The position numbers and the translations under genes are program-made. Positions 1-8,855 of a stretch of DNA of 44,678 bases are shown here, piece by piece. A model generated the notes under the pieces. The model ran no database searches and was not told the DNA's origin. It was given only the letters and a program-made list of their open reading frames with translations. The stretch's first letter is position 1, and the number at the start of each line of letters is the position of its first letter. This stretch comes from an uncultured Candidatus Saccharibacteria bacterium (GTDB lineage: Bacteria > Patescibacteriota > Minisyncoccia > Minisyncoccales > CAZWNE01): the NCBI GenBank assembly GCA_964635155.1, contig CAZWNE010000002.1:1-44678 (forward strand), written 5' to 3'.

Positions 1-2
1 AA

Positions 3-662
3 ATGATGCGGAGATTTACCAAAAAAGGCGATGTTGTCTTGGACGCTTTTTTGGGTCACGGAACAACCCTTATTGAATCAAAAAGGTTGGGACGGCACGG
101 TATAGGCATTGAACTTATACCGGAAGTCGCGCGTGTAGCAATGCAAAATATCAATAGTGAACTTCCGAACGGCGGGAAGGTTTTTACGGAAGTTATCGTT
201 GCCGATAGTACGACAAAAGAAGCGCGAGAAAAAGTTTTGGATATTCTTAAAAAGAATGGCCAAAAAAGCGTCCACATGATTATTTTACACCCCCCATATC
301 ACGACATAATAAAATTCAGCAATAAAAAAGAGGACTTGTGTAATGCCGCGACAGTTGAAGAATTTACCTCAAGGTTTGGTGATGTGATAGAAAACTTTTC
401 TGACTTGTTGGACAGAAATAGATATTTAGCTATTGTTATTGGTGACAAGTACACAAATAGCGAATTGATACCGCTTGGCTTTTATCTCATGCAAGAAACG
501 TTAAAGCGTGGCCGGGGTCTAAAACTCAAAAGTATTCTCGTAAAAAATATGGTAAATAACCGCGCAAAATTAAATCAGGAACATCTGTGGCGTTATCGCG
601 CGCTTGTGGGCGGATTTTATATTTTTAAGCACGAATATATTTTAGTTTTCAAAAAAGCATAA
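3..662 (+). CDS. SAM-dependent DNA methyltransferase (N6-adenine/N4-cytosine type), probably 5'-truncated by the contig start
   Basis: The ORF is open to the window edge. It has a motif I-like VVLDAFLGHGTT, then a catalytic PPY motif (ILHPPYHD). A 3-nt gap separates it from a nuclease-like ORF. Confidence 0.7.
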   Translation: MMRRFTKKGDVVLDAFLGHGTTLIESKRLGRHGIGIELIPEVARVAMQNINSELPNGGKVFTEVIVADSTTKEAREKVLDILKKNGQKSVHMIILHPPYHDIIKFSNKKEDLCNAATVEEFTSRFGDVIENFSDLLDRNRYLAIVIGDKYTNSELIPLGFYLMQETLKRGRGLKLKSILVKNMVNNRAKLNQEHLWRYRALVGGFYIFKHEYILVFKKA

Positions 663-665
663 ACT

Positions 666-1490
666 ATGTTAGTCAGCGAAAAAGAATTGGCAAACTTAAA
701 ATTGAAAGCCGTAAAAGCCGATGACTTGAAAGAGCTTGCGGCTAGCGTTGGCATTGATCCGAAAGGTAACGCAAGTGATCTTATCAAAAAACTCATCAGC
801 CTCCCCCAGAATAAAATTGATTCTTTTATTAAGACGAAATATCAATCGCAAGTTAAAGAACGGCAAAAGTTGATTTCTAATAGTGAGCTTATTGAGGAAG
901 TTCAAAAAGTTACGGATTTCAACTGGGGCGTAGTGCAAGGACAATTAGACCAAAAAATTCAGGTGGAATATGTCAGAAAATTTTTCCGTTACCAAGATTT
1001 GATCAGCGGCGTTAAAAGTAAACTACACGATGATGTAACTTCCTATGTTATAGCGACTTGGTATAATCACTGGACTACTGTTTTGATTGAAGATCATATT
1101 GGTTTACACCCCAAAATAGTACCTACGCTTAAAAATAACTTTGGCGTTGATATCTTCTTTAATGGGCAGCCGTTTGATTTAAAAACAACTTACTTGCCGC
1201 GCGGTTATTCAATTGATGAGGCGATTAAAAATCCTCGCCAACTGGCAATTTGGATGTATGAAAACCAAGGTGCGCAACGCTTCGGCGCAGATAACCGCTT
1301 ATTTGTGATCCTTGCAGATAAAAATAACCCAGAACAAAGCTGGAAACTCAAAAGAGATTTTGATTTTGTTTTTGGGAAAATTGACCAATTTTTCAATGAG
1401 GTGACAGTGTCGCCCAAAGATGAAATAATTTTCACTTTTAAGAAAAAAACTTATACTACAATTTCTAAGGTTTTGATAATAACAAAATAG
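666..1490 (+). CDS. Putative type II restriction endonuclease partner with an N-terminal SAP/HeH-like helix pair
   Basis: It is tightly coupled to the upstream methyltransferase. A PD-(D/E)xK-like segment is present (GVDIFFNGQPFDLKT). The N-terminus LKAVKADDLKELAASVGIDPKGNASDLIKKLISL resembles a SAP motif. No family was recognised by eye. Confidence 0.45.
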   Translation: MLVSEKELANLKLKAVKADDLKELAASVGIDPKGNASDLIKKLISLPQNKIDSFIKTKYQSQVKERQKLISNSELIEEVQKVTDFNWGVVQGQLDQKIQVEYVRKFFRYQDLISGVKSKLHDDVTSYVIATWYNHWTTVLIEDHIGLHPKIVPTLKNNFGVDIFFNGQPFDLKTTYLPRGYSIDEAIKNPRQLAIWMYENQGAQRFGADNRLFVILADKNNPEQSWKLKRDFDFVFGKIDQFFNEVTVSPKDEIIFTFKKKTYTTISKVLIITK

Positions 1491-1506
1491 TTAAAGCATA
1501 AAGCCC

Positions 1507-1534
1507 TTGACTTGCCAGATTATTCGTCTATAAT
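1507..1534 (+). promoter_or_regulatory. Sigma70-type promoter (TTGACT-N16-TATAAT) for the CxxC gene
   Basis: TTGACT at 1507-1512 and TATAAT at 1529-1534, read directly. Confidence 0.5.
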
Positions 1535-1610
1535 AGAAATATCCTTAAAGTAGCTGTTCTAATTTAGGGTTAAAAGGTCGTTCTATTCACATTAGAGTCA
1601 CATATTTATT

Positions 1611-1793
1611 ATGGCCTTTAAAGATTTTGGTCCCAAAAGGGACTTCCCTCCGAGGGAGATGATCAAAGGCAACTGGAAGTGTTCAGAGTGTGCAGCGGAG
1701 ATTACCGAGCTGCCCTTTGAGCCGGCTGCCGACAGACCTATCTACTGCAGAGAATGCTGGAGGAACAAGAGATCAGACAGATTTCAAAGATAA
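1611..1793 (+). CDS. Small zinc-ribbon protein of the CxxC-x17-CxxC type (here x18)
   Basis: CSEC-x18-CREC with the typical LPFEP..DRPIYCRECW core. It has its own promoter and terminator. Confidence 0.75.
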   Translation: MAFKDFGPKRDFPPREMIKGNWKCSECAAEITELPFEPAADRPIYCRECWRNKRSDRFQR

Positions 1794-1811
1794 ATCTTTT
1801 TGATCAAAACT

Positions 1812-1841
1812 AAAAAGCCCCGCTCGGGGCTTTTTATTTTT
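1812..1841. terminator. Bidirectional intrinsic terminator between convergent genes
   Basis: AAAAAGCCCC-GCTC-GGGGCTTTTTATTTTT: a GC stem flanked by an A-run and a T-run. Confidence 0.7.
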
Positions 1842-1861
1842 GAAAAAAATATCCCCACTCT

Positions 1862-2140
1862 CTAGTTAAGAGGTGGGGATTCAGAAGTGCTGGCATGCAG
1901 TTCGGCTGAGATAGGGGGTAGGTTGGAAGAGAGCAAAACAAGATTGGTTATGATGAAATCGTCTATGCGATAGACTCGGAGTTCTTCATCAACGACGACG
2001 ATGGATATTTGCATTGGGCAGTTATCGTCTACCCATATCTTTTTGGGGCCGCCCCATCTAATGTAATCGGCGGCCGTTGCTCCAGAGAGCTGCTTCGCTT
2101 TTTCCCTCCAATTTCCGGGTAGTCTTTCAAATTCAATCAA
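1862..2140 (-). CDS. Hypothetical 92-aa protein
   Basis: TTG start preceded by AAGGAG about 10 nt upstream. It lies downstream of ispH on the same strand and looks locally more GC-rich than the flanks. No recognisable motif. Confidence 0.45.
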   Translation of the reverse strand: MIEFERLPGNWREKAKQLSGATAADYIRWGGPKKIWVDDNCPMQISIVVVDEELRVYRIDDFIITNLVLLSSNLPPISAELHASTSESPPLN

Positions 2141-2192
2141 TTGCTTACTTCTCCTTTCGCGCCGTTCTAAGAAAGAGCCACGATAAATTATT

Positions 2193-3017
2193 CTACTTTA
2201 ATGTTTTTAATTTGTCAATAATCTCTTTTACGACAAAATCAGGAGTCGACGTTCCGGAAACTACCCCCAAAACACGAATTTTATTGAGCTCTAATCTCTT
2301 TAATTCTTCTGCTGAATTAATAAGCCAGGCGTTTCTCTTGTTTTCTCCGGCAATTTCAACGAGTTTTTTAGTGTTTGCCGAAGCGGAAGAGCCGATAACC
2401 AAAATTCCGTCAGTTTTTTTCGATAAATAATGGAGTTCTTTTTGGCGGAGAGAAACTTGGGGGCAAAGAGTATCTATCCATTTTAATTCCTCAGTTTTTT
2501 TCCTTAAAATATCTAAAATTTCTTTAACTTTTTTGCTATCCTGGGTGGTTTGAGCCACTACGCCGATTTTTCCCAGTTTTTTTAATTCTTTGGCCTCTTT
2601 TTCGTTATTAATAATAATCGCCTTGTTTTTGATATGGCCATTTATTCCTTTTATTTCAGGATGCCTTTTGTCTCCGATGATAATTACCCGATAACTTTTC
2701 CTAAACAAAGCTTGGGCGGCAGCCTGGGCTTTTTTGACCAAAGGACAGGTTGCGTCAACAATGAGAAGGTTTTTCAGGGATGGGAGAGGCGGTACACCGT
2801 GGGCTCTTATCAACAAGGTTCCTGATTTTGCCTCTTTCGGGTTAGAGATAAATTTTCCCCCCCTCTTTTTTATTTCGCGAGTTATTCTTTCGTTATGGAT
2901 AACCTCGCCTAAAAAATAGACTGGTTTCCTGCCCTTTTTAAGAGATTTTTCTGAAAGCTCCAATGCTCTTTTAACCCCGAAACAAAAACCGATATTTTTG
3001 GTCAGAATAATTTTCAT
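2193..3017 (-). CDS. ispH: 4-hydroxy-3-methylbut-2-enyl diphosphate reductase
   Basis: N-terminal GFCFGVKRA, the HNE motif, DATCP, and C-terminal cysteine-containing LytB-type repeats. Confidence 0.9.
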   Translation of the reverse strand: MKIILTKNIGFCFGVKRALELSEKSLKKGRKPVYFLGEVIHNERITREIKKRGGKFISNPKEAKSGTLLIRAHGVPPLPSLKNLLIVDATCPLVKKAQAAAQALFRKSYRVIIIGDKRHPEIKGINGHIKNKAIIINNEKEAKELKKLGKIGVVAQTTQDSKKVKEILDILRKKTEELKWIDTLCPQVSLRQKELHYLSKKTDGILVIGSSASANTKKLVEIAGENKRNAWLINSAEELKRLELNKIRVLGVVSGTSTPDFVVKEIIDKLKTLK

Positions 3018-3151
3018 GTTTGCTCGGCAGTTTCAATCATAGCTGCGAATCTATTTTAGATGAATAAAATTATAAAATCAAAATCTAAAGCCGTTCTTTC
3101 TGGCTGGCCATTGGTCATTGACATTTTTTGCGAGAGTAGGATACTTTAATT

Positions 3152-4351
3152 ATGGGTAAAAATATGAAACTCTGGAATGCGTATAAGCCGAATAAAGAAG
3201 TAGAAAACTTCACAGTTGGTGAAGATTATCTTTTGGACCAAAAATTAGTCGAATATGACTGTTTGGGTTCCATAGCTCACGCAAAGATGCTTAATAAAGT
3301 AAATATTTTGGCTGGCGGAGAATTGAGAAAAATTATTAAAGAACTTAATAATATAATCCGCCTTAACAAAAAAGGAAAATTTATAATTTTGAAAGAAGAA
3401 GAAGATTGCCATGCGGCCATTGAAAATCATCTCATTAAAAAATTAGGACTTTTAGGTAAGAAAATACATACGGGCAGGTCGAGAAACGACCAAGTACTAA
3501 CCGCCCTGGTATTGTATTATAAGGACGAATTAACGAATTGCCGAAATTCAGCCAAAGATTTAACCGGAGAAATCAGGAAATTCGTCAAAAAATACGGGAA
3601 AATAAAGTTTCCGGGTTATACGCATAGCAGAAAGGCGATGCCCTCTTCAATTGCTTTATGGGGCAATTCATTTATTGAATCAATGGATGATAATCTTAAA
3701 CTGCTTGATTTTACGTTAGATTTAATTGACCAATCGCCCTTAGGAACTGGAGCCGGTTACGGCCTTCCCATGAACGTGGAAAGAGAATACACTGCCAAAT
3801 TACTGGGTTTTAAAAAAGTCCAAAAAAATCCCATTTACGTCCAAAACAGCCGGGGGAAGTTTGCTTCAACCGTACTCCACGCTTTAATCCAAATAATGTT
3901 CGATCTGAACAAAATTGCCTCAGATTTGATTATTTTTACGATACCCGAACTCGGCTATTTTGGAATACCTGATGCCTTCTGTACGGGTAGCTCCATTATG
4001 CCCCACAAGAGAAATCCCGACGTTTTAGAATTGTTAAGGGCAAAATATTACGTTATCGTTTCTTATAATTCCCAAGTCGAAAATATCATCGGCAATCTTC
4101 TGTCGGGCTATAACCGGGACTTGCAACTTACCAAAGAGCCGACTATAAAGGGATTAGAGATGACAAAAGAGAGTTTAGCTATTATGAAATTAATAATTAA
4201 AAACTTGAAAGTGGATAAAGAAAAGTGCAGCCAGGGATTAACGGAGGAAATTTATGCGACCGAAGAAGTTTATGATTTAGTAAAAAAGAAGGTCCCCTTT
4301 AGGGAGGCGTATAATAAAATTTCTAAAGAATATTCAAATAAAAAATACTAA
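3152..4351 (+). CDS. argH: Argininosuccinate lyase (short form)
   Basis: Fumarate-lyase signature TGRSRNDQV and the SSIMPHKRNP loop. Confidence 0.9.
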   Translation: MGKNMKLWNAYKPNKEVENFTVGEDYLLDQKLVEYDCLGSIAHAKMLNKVNILAGGELRKIIKELNNIIRLNKKGKFIILKEEEDCHAAIENHLIKKLGLLGKKIHTGRSRNDQVLTALVLYYKDELTNCRNSAKDLTGEIRKFVKKYGKIKFPGYTHSRKAMPSSIALWGNSFIESMDDNLKLLDFTLDLIDQSPLGTGAGYGLPMNVEREYTAKLLGFKKVQKNPIYVQNSRGKFASTVLHALIQIMFDLNKIASDLIIFTIPELGYFGIPDAFCTGSSIMPHKRNPDVLELLRAKYYVIVSYNSQVENIIGNLLSGYNRDLQLTKEPTIKGLEMTKESLAIMKLIIKNLKVDKEKCSQGLTEEIYATEEVYDLVKKKVPFREAYNKISKEYSNKKY

Positions 4352-4363
4352 TAATTTACAAAT

Positions 4364-5608
4364 ATGGTAAAAGAAAAATTAATTTTAGCATATAGCGGCG
4401 GCCTTGACACTTCGGTAATTTTACACTGGCTGGTCCAAAAGGGCTACGACGTTATAGCTTATATAGCTGATTTGGGCCAAAAAGAGGATTTTGAGGCGGT
4501 AAAAGCAAAGTCGTTGAAATGCGGCGCCTCAAAGTTTTATTTAAAAGACTTAAAGGAAGAATTTATTAAAGATTTTATCTTTCCGGCGATAAGAGCCAAT
4601 GCCGTTTATGAGGGTCGATATTTACTTGGGACTTCTTTGGCCAGGCCGCTGATTGCCAAGGCTCAGATAGAGATAGCCCAAAAAGAGGGGGCAAATATCG
4701 TTGCTCACGGCGCTACCGGAAAAGGAAACGACCAGGTGCGGTTTGAATTAACTTATTATACTTTATCTCCGGGGATAAAAGTTGTGGCGCCCTGGAAAGA
4801 CGAAGAATTTTTAAATAAATTTCAAGGGAGGACGGATGAAATTGAATACGCTAAAAAATATGATATTCCGGTAAAAGCAACCGCCTCGGAGCCTTGGAGT
4901 TCGGATGATAATATCATGCATATCAGCTATGAAGCCGGCGAATTAGAAGACCCCTCGAGGAGGCCGAGAGAAACTATGTTCCAGATGACCGTTTCTCCTC
5001 AAAAAGCTCCCGACCAAGAAACGGAAATAGAAATTGATTTTGAGAAAGGCAATCCCATAAGAGTGAAAAACCCGAAAGAAGGCATAACAAAAGAAGATCC
5101 CTTGTCTTTATATAATTACTTGAATGAGCTGGCTGGGAAAAACGGCATTGGCCGGGTAGATATGGCTGAAAACAGATTTGTCGGGGTAAAATCCCGCGGA
5201 GTTTATGAAACGCCCGCTGGAACTATTTTAATGGCCGCCCATAGGGATTTGGAGGGTTTGACCATGGACAGGGAAGTGATGCATTTAAGGGACGGTTTGA
5301 TTCCGAAATTCGCCGAATCAATTTATTACGGGTTTTGGTATTCTCCGGAGATGGAACTTTTAAAAACATTTTTTGATAAAACCCAAGAATTTGTTTCGGG
5401 CAAGGTGAAATTGGCCTTGTATAAGGGCAATATAATAATGGCCGGCAGGGAATCGCAGTTTTCTTTATATGACGAAGCCCAATCAAGCATGGAAGTAGCG
5501 GGGGGCTACGACCCGAAAAATGCCACAGGTTTCATTAAAATAAATGCTATCAGATTAATCAATAGCGCTCTTAGGAATAAAAAACTTCAATCTCATGAAG
5601 AAAAATAA
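4364..5608 (+). CDS. argG: Argininosuccinate synthase
   Basis: [10 protein letters not shown]-loop and the [13 protein letters not shown] signature. Confidence 0.95.
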   Translation: MVKEKLILAYSGGLDTSVILHWLVQKGYDVIAYIADLGQKEDFEAVKAKSLKCGASKFYLKDLKEEFIKDFIFPAIRANAVYEGRYLLGTSLARPLIAKAQIEIAQKEGANIVAHGATGKGNDQVRFELTYYTLSPGIKVVAPWKDEEFLNKFQGRTDEIEYAKKYDIPVKATASEPWSSDDNIMHISYEAGELEDPSRRPRETMFQMTVSPQKAPDQETEIEIDFEKGNPIRVKNPKEGITKEDPLSLYNYLNELAGKNGIGRVDMAENRFVGVKSRGVYETPAGTILMAAHRDLEGLTMDREVMHLRDGLIPKFAESIYYGFWYSPEMELLKTFFDKTQEFVSGKVKLALYKGNIIMAGRESQFSLYDEAQSSMEVAGGYDPKNATGFIKINAIRLINSALRNKKLQSHEEK

Positions 5609-6746
5609 AGACCAAAAAATAAATTTTGGCTTTCCGATAGGATATATAATGGATGACGCCATTAATCTTTTTAAAGGGGCTGGTTATGATATAAAATTCC
5701 ATCCGGAAATTGAAAAAGTCGAAATAAATGATCCGGATATAGCGTGTGTCCCCTTGCGGCCCATTACGATCGTTTCATTCATCCAGAAGGGAATTTTAGA
5801 TGCTGGCATAGCCACCCGCGCCTCTCTTGTGGAAGCAGGGGTAAGCCAAAAGGAGCTCGTTGTTTTGGAAGACGACAGATATATTGTCGGAAAAACAAAA
5901 ATAGTTTTGGCAGTTCAAGAAGATTCAAAAATAAAATCAATAAAAGACCTGCGGGGGAAAAGAATTATTACCAGGATACCCAATATCACCAAGAAGTTCT
6001 TGAAAAAAAATAAAATATCGGCTGAGGTTATTTTTTCTGACACCTTAGTGAATGAATCAAAAGTAGGGAATATGGCTGACGCCATAGTGGAGTTCAGCAA
6101 AACCGGCAATATTTTAAGAGCTTACAGGCTAAAAGTTTTAGATACAATTCTTGAAAGTTCAATAGTTTTCATCGCCGGCAAAAAAGCATTAAAGAATAAG
6201 TGGAAAAAAGAAAAAATTAAAAATTTAATCAAAGTTTTCAAAGGAGGATTAAATCAAAAATTCAACGAGCTGATGTTCCGGGAGCCCGACTTAACGGGAA
6301 TAGACGAGATAGATTTTAAAATTCTTAAAGTCCTGTCTGATAACGGAAGAGAATCTTTCGTGGAGATAGCGAAAGAAATAGGTTTAAGCTCGGTAGGAGT
6401 TCAGCAAAGAGTGGAGAAATTGATTAAAAGAGGTATTTTGGAAATTCGGGGGTGCTTGAATATTGAAAAATTTTATTCGATATCGGCCCACATAACAGTG
6501 CAGGGCAGCAATGAAGCCATATCCTGGCTGGTAAGGAAATTACAAAAATCCCCCCTAGTTTACCAATTAGTGAAGATCTCCGGCAAATATAATTTATCAA
6601 TAGGAATTTTAGCGCCAAACTTAAAAAGAGTTGACGAATTTATCTCCCGGGAGATATTGGGAGAGCCCGGAGTAAAACACATTGAAGTTAATGTCGGGGA
6701 ACTGCCGACCATTCCTAAAACCTGGAACCCCCAGCTCGCCTATTGA
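5595..6746 (+). CDS. Fusion protein: HisG-like (ATP phosphoribosyltransferase fold) N-terminal domain plus a full Lrp/AsnC regulator (HTH + RAM-like domain)
   Basis: The N-terminal ~225 aa resemble HisG: [19 protein letters not shown], and [18 protein letters not shown] versus the HisG core ADAIVDLVSTGATL. The C-terminal part, [44 protein letters not shown], is an AsnC-type HTH. The ORF overlaps the argG end by 14 nt. Confidence 0.7.
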   Translation: MKKNKDQKINFGFPIGYIMDDAINLFKGAGYDIKFHPEIEKVEINDPDIACVPLRPITIVSFIQKGILDAGIATRASLVEAGVSQKELVVLEDDRYIVGKTKIVLAVQEDSKIKSIKDLRGKRIITRIPNITKKFLKKNKISAEVIFSDTLVNESKVGNMADAIVEFSKTGNILRAYRLKVLDTILESSIVFIAGKKALKNKWKKEKIKNLIKVFKGGLNQKFNELMFREPDLTGIDEIDFKILKVLSDNGRESFVEIAKEIGLSSVGVQQRVEKLIKRGILEIRGCLNIEKFYSISAHITVQGSNEAISWLVRKLQKSPLVYQLVKISGKYNLSIGILAPNLKRVDEFISREILGEPGVKHIEVNVGELPTIPKTWNPQLAY

Positions 6747-6770
6747 CAAGGTTGCTTGGTTTTGTAAACT
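6743..6770 (+). promoter_or_regulatory. Sigma70-type promoter (TTGACA-N16-TAAACT) for the greA leader
   Basis: TTGACA at 6743-6748 overlaps the upstream stop codon. TAAACT is at 6765-6770. Confidence 0.45.
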
Positions 6771-6907
6771 AAAGCATAGGGTTAGTAATAGTTTAAAAAA
6801 CAAAGATAGGGGCTTATTTTATGTTAAAGAATAATAATAAAAAAAGAATAATTAATACCTATAAATTGGTTTTTTCGACCGCTATTTTTGGCGCAGTTAT
6901 ACGTTAA

Positions 6908-6962
6908 GGGGATAAAAACATTATATTAAAGAATTTATCCCCTTCCCAAGAGGGGATTTTCT
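6908..6962 (+). promoter_or_regulatory. Alternative-hairpin leader element upstream of greA
   Basis: GGGGATAAA (6908-6916) pairs with TTTATCCCC (6934-6942). Alternatively, ATCCCCT (6937-6943) pairs with AGGGGAT (6951-6957), followed by TTTCT. Confidence 0.35.
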
Positions 6963-6971
6963 AAAAAAAAC

Positions 6972-7445
6972 ATGGCACAAAAAAAGTTTTATCTAACTAA
7001 AGAGGGGCTGGCGAGAATGAAGAAAGAGTACGAAGATTTAAGAAATCTCAAACTTTCCAAAACAAATGGCGAAGTGCCTAAGATTTGGCACTCCGAAGAT
7101 TTGAATCCGGAATATCTTGCTTTTCGGGAGGACTTGGAATTTTTAGAATCCCGGCTGAATGACCTAGAATATATTTTGAAAAATGCCGAACTAATCAAGC
7201 TGCCCTCCGGGGGCGGGCAAAAAAGCATAGGATTAGGGGCGACAGTCATGGTGCAGGTTGACGGCCAGACAGATGAATTTGCGATTGTCGGCACCCTGGA
7301 GGCCAACCCTTCTTTGGGCAGAATTTCCAACGAATCCCCGGTTGGCCAGCAATTATTGGGCCACAAAATTGGAGACGAAGTTGTTGTTTCCTCTCCGATT
7401 AAAACAATTTATAAGATAAAAAAAATAAAATATAATATAATTTAA
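6972..7445 (+). CDS. greA: Transcription elongation factor GreA
   Basis: Coiled-coil N-terminus (LTKEGLARMKKEYEDL) and a C-terminal globular domain (SPVGQQLLGHKIGDEVVV). Confidence 0.9.
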   Translation: MAQKKFYLTKEGLARMKKEYEDLRNLKLSKTNGEVPKIWHSEDLNPEYLAFREDLEFLESRLNDLEYILKNAELIKLPSGGGQKSIGLGATVMVQVDGQTDEFAIVGTLEANPSLGRISNESPVGQQLLGHKIGDEVVVSSPIKTIYKIKKIKYNII

Positions 7446-7475
7446 GAAGAAGGCGAGGCCTTCTTCTTTTTTTCC

Positions 7476-8102
7476 ATGCGGGATATCCTTAATTTTTTTA
7501 TTGAAGTCGGAAAATTAAAGGCTAAAGGGCGTCGGGGCTGGGTGCTCCACAATATTAAAAATCCGGAGACTACTGCCGAACATATTTTTAGAATGACTAT
7601 TATATCCTGGATATTTGGGAAAATGAAGAAATTAAATACGGAAAGAATTATTAAGATGGCCCTGGTCCACGATTTGTGCGAAGTTTATGCTCCCGATCTG
7701 ACTCCTTATGATCCCTTGTTGCCCAAAACAAAAGACAAGGAAAAAATAATGGAGATTTTTAAGCGCTGGCCGAAATTCACCCCTGCCCTTAAAATCAAAA
7801 AACACATAGATAAACACAGAACGGAATCACTGGCTCTGGATAAATTAATCGCTAAATTATCGCCGAGCTTCAGAGCGGAAATAAAAAATCTCTGGTTGGA
7901 TTTTGAAAAGGGGTCGAGTAAAGAAGGAAGATTCGTCAGGCAGGTTGATAAAATGGAAAATCTTTTACAGGGTTTGGAATATTGGAAAAAACACGGCAAA
8001 ATTCAGCACAGGCTCTGGATGAGATGGATTAAAGAAATAATAGACGATCCTTTACTGATTGATTTTATCAGAGCCATAGAAGCAAAATTTCTTCATAGTT
8101 AA
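7476..8102 (+). CDS. HD-domain phosphohydrolase (YfbR-like 5'-deoxynucleotidase family)
   Basis: RRGW...ETTAEHIFRM...ALVHDLCE, the H..HD metal-binding pattern. Confidence 0.8.
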   Translation: MRDILNFFIEVGKLKAKGRRGWVLHNIKNPETTAEHIFRMTIISWIFGKMKKLNTERIIKMALVHDLCEVYAPDLTPYDPLLPKTKDKEKIMEIFKRWPKFTPALKIKKHIDKHRTESLALDKLIAKLSPSFRAEIKNLWLDFEKGSSKEGRFVRQVDKMENLLQGLEYWKKHGKIQHRLWMRWIKEIIDDPLLIDFIRAIEAKFLHS

Positions 8103-8106
8103 AAAA

Positions 8107-8143
8107 ACTGTCCCTTGGCTTCGCTCGGGGCAGTTTTATTTTT
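8107..8143 (+). terminator. Intrinsic terminator
   Basis: CTGTCCC-loop-GGGGCAG followed by TTTTATTTTT. Confidence 0.7.
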
Positions 8144-8224
8144 GAGCGAAAATCAGGTAAAATAATCAAAGAGATAAATCTCTTTTCTATCTACATTTTT
8201 AATAAATTAAAAATTTGATGGCAA

Positions 8225-8851
8225 ATGCCTAAATCTCTCAACAAAGTTATTAAAATTTTAATCGCTTCCGATTTTCTGCTTCAGTCGGGCTGGGGACTTG
8301 TGGCGCCGATTTTTGCCATATTTTTGACCGGCCAAATTCAGGGCGGTTCTTTAAAAATGGTTGGGCTTGTAGCGTCTGTTTATTGGATTACCAAATCAAT
8401 CGTCCAGCCGTTTATTGCTCACCAACTGGATAAAAACCACGGGGAGAAAGACGATTTCCAGTTTTTAATCATCGGAATGTACGTGGCGAATTTAATTCCT
8501 TTGGGTTATATCTTTTCCACCCAGCCTTGGCATATTTTTACCCTGGAGGCCGTTAGGGGTTTGGCCATGGCTTGCGTTATCCCCACTTGGTCTGGGATAT
8601 TTACCAGGCACATAGACAAGGGCAGAGAGGCCTTTTCCTGGAGCATGGAAAGCACGGGCATTGGCTTTGCCGCCGGCCTGGCCGGGGCTGTTGGCGGGAT
8701 TTTGGCTAGCGCAGTTGGCTTTAAAATCGTTTTTGTTTTAGTCAGTATTTTCGGCTTATTATCCTCCTCCGCCCTGCTCTTGATCCGTAAAAATATATTC
8801 TTAAAAGACGGCTTCGCTCCCAGAATCCCGCCTTCCGAAAAACCTTTTTAA
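8225..8851 (+). CDS. Six-TM, half-size MFS-like membrane protein
   Basis: Six hydrophobic segments read by eye. MFS-like loop between TM2 and TM3 (HQLDKNHGEKDD). Only 208 aa. Confidence 0.55.
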   Translation: MPKSLNKVIKILIASDFLLQSGWGLVAPIFAIFLTGQIQGGSLKMVGLVASVYWITKSIVQPFIAHQLDKNHGEKDDFQFLIIGMYVANLIPLGYIFSTQPWHIFTLEAVRGLAMACVIPTWSGIFTRHIDKGREAFSWSMESTGIGFAAGLAGAVGGILASAVGFKIVFVLVSIFGLLSSSALLLIRKNIFLKDGFAPRIPPSEKPF

Positions 8852-8855
8852 TTTC

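Noticed and set aside
2077-2430. 117-aa plus-strand ORF
   Set aside because: It is antisense to the ispH 3' end and the 92-aa ORF, and has no signals. It is a shadow ORF.
3118-3146. Possible argH promoter (TTGACA-N17-ATACTT)
   Set aside because: The -35 element is perfect but the -10 is poor. It is not supported well enough to list as a feature.
6989-7366. 125-aa minus-strand ORF
   Set aside because: It is antisense to greA. It is a shadow ORF.
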